DNA of 61,618 nt from an uncultured Bdellovibrionales bacterium (GTDB taxonomy: Bacteria > Bdellovibrionota_C > UBA2361 > CAZKXU01). The position numbers and the translations under genes were made by a program. The notes beneath the pieces were generated by a model, which was not told the origin of the DNA, ran no database searches, and saw only the letters and a list, made by a program, of their open reading frames with translations. Within the stretch, counting starts at the first letter, position 1. Each line of letters begins with the position of its first letter. This document shows, piece after piece, positions 58,133-61,618 of the stretch. The stretch covers positions 1 to 61,618 of the forward strand of contig CAZKXU010000006.1 of NCBI GenBank assembly GCA_964556665.1. Direction: 5' to 3'.

Positions 58133-59143
58133 ATGCTTAGCAGCGAAGTCGAACTGTATAAAACGCTTGATTCCTTTAAAGACATCTCCGTATTAGTCGT
58201 AGGTGACATTATTTTAGATCGTTATATCTGGGGCAAGGTTGAAAGAATCTCTCCTGAGGCTCCGGTTCCGGTTGTTGAAGTTCGAAAAATGGAGGATAGG
58301 CTTGGTGGCGCCGGAAATGTAGTAAGGAACCTTCTTACGCTTGGCATCAAGAGTTCTCTCTGCGGCTTCATCGGTGATGACGAGGATGGCAGAGCCGTAC
58401 TTAAGATGCTGGAGAAGGACGGTGCAGGTCGTGAAGGGGTAATGATTGATAAGGAGCGGCCAACTTCAGTAAAAACTAGGGTAATTGCACACAACCAACA
58501 GGTCGTACGTATCGATCGGGAGAGTAAGATACAGCCTACCCCTGCACTACGTGAAGGATTCGCAGCATTAGTTGAGGCTCAGTTTGAGAACTATGATGCC
58601 TTGATTGTTTCAGACTACGGGAAGGGGGTGATAAGCTCCAATCTGCTGCGCCGCTTTGAGGAGTTTAAAAGAAAGGGTAAAACCGGTGTTGGTAAAAAGG
58701 TTCTCTTTCTCGATCCACATCCCGCAAACTATGATCAGTATACAGCGATAACAGTCGCTAAGCCTAACAGAAGAGAGGCTGAGAAGGCCTCCGGAATTAA
58801 GATCGATAGCCGTGAGAAAGCCTATGAAGCAGGGCAGATTCTGCTGAACAAATGGAACGCGGAGATGATGGTGATAAGCCTTGGAGAGGATGGGCTAGCA
58901 ATCATTGAAGCTGGCAAAACAGATGGTATTTTTCTTGAAACCGTAGCGCAAAACGTATTCGATGTTAGCGGTGCTGGAGATTCAGTAGTAGCCGTTTTCT
59001 GTGCAGCTATGGCCTGTGGCGCCAAGTCGGTAGTCGCAGGGGATCTAGCAAATATTGCAGGTGGTATAGCAGTCTCTGAAGTAGGTACGGTAGCAGTACC
59101 GCTAGCAAAGATAAAAAGTGAAATTGAGCGGTTGGCGGGGTAA
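58133..59143 (+). CDS. hldA: Heptose-7-phosphate kinase (HldA/RfaE domain I)
   Basis: GD.ILD.Y..G.VERISPEAPVPV, GGAGNV, SDYGKG, DVSGAGD. Confidence 0.9.
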   Translation: MLSSEVELYKTLDSFKDISVLVVGDIILDRYIWGKVERISPEAPVPVVEVRKMEDRLGGAGNVVRNLLTLGIKSSLCGFIGDDEDGRAVLKMLEKDGAGREGVMIDKERPTSVKTRVIAHNQQVVRIDRESKIQPTPALREGFAALVEAQFENYDALIVSDYGKGVISSNLLRRFEEFKRKGKTGVGKKVLFLDPHPANYDQYTAITVAKPNRREAEKASGIKIDSREKAYEAGQILLNKWNAEMMVISLGEDGLAIIEAGKTDGIFLETVAQNVFDVSGAGDSVVAVFCAAMACGAKSVVAGDLANIAGGIAVSEVGTVAVPLAKIKSEIERLAG

Positions 59144-59160
59144 AAAGTGTAGATAAGATC

Positions 59161-59208
59161 GTAGGGGTAGCCAGACTTCGGCGAGCTCGGTCGAGTCGCG
59201 GCTGCTCC
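59161..59208. repeat. Nested REP-like palindrome (GTAG-footed stem with inner gacttcggcgagctcggtcgagtc)
   Basis: gtag-gggtagcc-[a gacttcggcgagctcggtcgagtc gc]-ggctgctcc. Confidence 0.5.
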
Positions 59209-59268
59209 AGGGTTTGAGCTGCGCTCGCACAGGCCCGTAGTTAACAGGTGAGTACGGAATTTTATTCA

Positions 59269-60192
59269 ATGGCAACAGCAAAACGTCAGCAGAAGAACAG
59301 GTCCACTCTCATTCAGAGCATGACCGGGTTTGGTAGAGCCGGGGGGGAGGATAGTAAAGTATCTATTGATGTTGAGCTTCGAAGTGTAAATCACCGCTAT
59401 TTGGATATAGGCTTTAAACTCCCACGACAATATTCCGGCTTTGAAGCTGAGCTAAAGAGTGAGCTTTCATCAAAGCTTAATCGAGGTCGGATTGAGGTCT
59501 GGGTTGGGCGCAGAGAGAAAACTCCGACGCGCGCACTGAATCTAAATGCAGCGCTTTTCGATCGCTATCTTGATATCTTTAAAAGTATACTAGTGCGACA
59601 GAAGGTCCCGTTAAAACAGATTGATGCGCAGATTCTTTTTAATCTTATGAATCGAGAAGGGGTGCTCGAGCAAGGGGAGCAGGCAGGGGTAGAAAAAGGA
59701 GAGGAGCAGCTATTAAGTCGAGTCTTTAATGAGGCTCTTTCCGACCTTGTATCTATGCGTACACTTGAAGGAAAGCGTCTCACAGAAGACATGCTTACTC
59801 GGCTCCAATCATTGGAGAACCTCAAAGTTAAGATTCAGAAGAGTAGCGCCAATACTCCTAAAGCCTATCGCCAGCGACTAGAGCAAAGGCTTAAAAAGCT
59901 AGCATCTGATCTCACTGTTTCTGAAGAGAGATTAGCACAGGAGATCGCCTTGCTATCAGAGCGCGTCGATATCACAGAGGAGTTGACCCGTCTGGATAGC
60001 CATTTTTTACATTATCGGTCAATTTTAGAGGAGAATACTCCTGGCAAGAAACTTGATTTTTTACTGCAGGAGTTTAATCGGGAGTTTAACACCATTTCCT
60101 CAAAGGCGCTCGATTCCGCGGTACAGTCACTCGTGGTTGAGGCTAAGAGCGAGATTGATAAGTTGAAGGAGCAGGTACAGAACATTGAGTAA
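59269..60192 (+). CDS. yicC: YicC/YloC family endoribonuclease
   Basis: SMTGFG, SVNHRYLD, DITEEL.RL.SH, GKKLDFLLQEFNRE.NT..SK, EQVQNIE. Confidence 0.93.
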   Translation: MATAKRQQKNRSTLIQSMTGFGRAGGEDSKVSIDVELRSVNHRYLDIGFKLPRQYSGFEAELKSELSSKLNRGRIEVWVGRREKTPTRALNLNAALFDRYLDIFKSILVRQKVPLKQIDAQILFNLMNREGVLEQGEQAGVEKGEEQLLSRVFNEALSDLVSMRTLEGKRLTEDMLTRLQSLENLKVKIQKSSANTPKAYRQRLEQRLKKLASDLTVSEERLAQEIALLSERVDITEELTRLDSHFLHYRSILEENTPGKKLDFLLQEFNREFNTISSKALDSAVQSLVVEAKSEIDKLKEQVQNIE

Positions 60193-60841
60193 AGTTAAAC
60201 GTGAGGGGATCCTACTATGTCTGATCGGACCTGCTGGCGGTGGAAAGTCTACCTTTTCGCGGGAGCTTCTTAAGGTCTTTAAAGGCTCAACCAAGCTCTC
60301 AGTCTCTGTTACCTCTCGTAATCCTAGAAAAGGTGAACGCGAGGGGGTGGCCTACTACTTTGTGTCAAAGGCCCAGTTTAAAAATAAGATTAGTCGGGGG
60401 GAGTTCTTCGAGTGGGAGCAGGTGCATGGAAACTACTACGGAACTTTGAAAAGCACCGTAGAGCAGAGTATTAAGAGCAGCATCGACCTATTACTAGATA
60501 TTGATATTAAAGGTGCTTTAAATTTCAAGAAACAGTATAGGAATAACACCGTAGTTATTTTCCTAGCTCCGCCTTCTTTCAATGTTATGTTAAAGCGGAT
60601 TAAGGGCAGGAGTAATGTCTCTATCGCTGAGCTTGCACGCCGCGTGAAAACAGCCCGAGAAGAGTACAAGGCGCTTTTATCTGCTGTAAAAAAGAGTGGA
60701 GCGATCGACTATTTCGTGGTAAACGATAAGTATGAGCACACCCTTGATGCGGTTGTATCAGTGCTCAAGTGTGAGCGTCATAGGATCTCCCGGTTAGAGA
60801 AAAATAGTCTTAAAAATATATGTAAGGTAGGAAATGTTTAA
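60185..60841 (+). CDS. gmk: Guanylate kinase
   Basis: GPAGGGKST, SVTSR.PR.GE..G..YYF, HGNYYGT, DIDIKGA. Confidence 0.94.
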   Translation: MSKVKREGILLCLIGPAGGGKSTFSRELLKVFKGSTKLSVSVTSRNPRKGEREGVAYYFVSKAQFKNKISRGEFFEWEQVHGNYYGTLKSTVEQSIKSSIDLLLDIDIKGALNFKKQYRNNTVVIFLAPPSFNVMLKRIKGRSNVSIAELARRVKTAREEYKALLSAVKKSGAIDYFVVNDKYEHTLDAVVSVLKCERHRISRLEKNSLKNICKVGNV

Positions 60842-61274
60842 AAACATAATTCTGATATTAGCAGTCCTTCTTTTCACAGGTTGTTCTGCCTCAGATGGCG
60901 GAGCAAAGCTTGCAAGTTTACGACCAGATAATTCAGGGATGAAAACGTTTGACTCCACTATTAGCCGTAAGGCCTATATCGATCGCCTTTCGCAACCCTC
61001 TCTTAATACAATCCGACTAGTAGAGATCTTTAAGGGTGGGAGCAGTAAGGGCTCACCACCAGAGTATAGATTATTTAGTATTCAGCCTATGGGAGTGTAT
61101 GCTCTTTTGGGGATTAAGAATAACGATGTACTTGTTGCCGCCAATGAATTTGTTGTCCGCCAACCGAAGCAGTTTCTAGCTTTTACCGAGCTATTGCAAA
61201 ACGAAAAGAGCGCGACCATTGAGCTGCGTCGTCAAAATAATCCAATTTTAATGCGCTATACCTTTGTTGACTAA
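60834..61274 (+). CDS. Lipoprotein with a GspC-type PDZ-like domain
   Basis: Lipobox LLFTGC; YRL..I.P..VY..LGIKNNDVL...N...IELRR. Confidence 0.68.
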   Translation: MFKNIILILAVLLFTGCSASDGGAKLASLRPDNSGMKTFDSTISRKAYIDRLSQPSLNTIRLVEIFKGGSSKGSPPEYRLFSIQPMGVYALLGIKNNDVLVAANEFVVRQPKQFLAFTELLQNEKSATIELRRQNNPILMRYTFVD

Positions 61275-61276
61275 AT

Positions 61277-61618
61277 ATGGATATCTTAGCTTTTGAACTA
61301 TCCGAGGATCAGTTAGCGCTGCAGGCAGAGGCAAGAAAATTTGCGCAGAATGAGATTCTGCCCGTGGCAGCGAAGTACGATGAGAGCGGCAAATTTCCTG
61401 CAGCTGAGATTAAAAAAGCACATTCCTTGGGACTGTTGAATCTGATTCAGGAGGCTGAATTCGGAGGAACAGGACTTACCCTCTTAGATGCATGTCTCGT
61501 AATTGAAGAGCTAGCAGCGGGCTGCGCCGGCTTCGCAACTTCAATGGTGGCAAATGACCTGGCGTTGACACCTATTCTATTGTTCGGAACTAAAGAGCAG
61601 AAAGCTAAATTTATAAAG
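61277..61618 (+). CDS. Acyl-CoA dehydrogenase, truncated by the window end
   Basis: MDILAFELSEDQ...ARKFAQNEILP.A..YD..G.FP...GLL......FGG.G......VIEELA...FGT.EQK. Confidence 0.9.
   Translation, partial: MDILAFELSEDQLALQAEARKFAQNEILPVAAKYDESGKFPAAEIKKAHSLGLLNLIQEAEFGGTGLTLLDACLVIEELAAGCAGFATSMVANDLALTPILLFGTKEQKAKFIK

Overview
Bacterial chromosomal window from a Gram-negative organism (LPS heptose/Kdo genes). Gene content suggests a deltaproteobacterial/Bdellovibrionota-like lineage, but that is inference. The housekeeping backbone is hflX, thiL, pepP, sucA, coaE, gnd, rimP-nusA-ylxR-infB-rbfA-DHH, tRNA-Leu(TAG), rnc, der, guaA, scoAB, LPS core genes, yicC and gmk. It is interrupted by accessory patches at about 8.3-9.4 kb, 28.6-35.2 kb and 38.5-43.3 kb. 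Highlights: (1) A minimal non-flagellar type III export-gate operon (SctI-like, SctO/SctP-like fusion, SctR-S-T-U). SctU/FlhB is split exactly at the autocleavage position into two genes, with a 1054-aa hybrid kinase between the halves. (2) A RAYT-like Y1/HUH transposase bounded by TCTCAGTGAC inverted repeats. Most ends of this family in the window are followed outward by locus-specific, GG-terminated, 5'-truncated tandem repeats. (3) A 24-bp sequence (23/24 identical) shared upstream of that transposase and of the type III operon. (4) A duplicated, MITE-interrupted scoB 3' end bracketing an island. (5) Several REPIN/MITE families, some nested. All calls are by eye from motifs and synteny; no searches were run.
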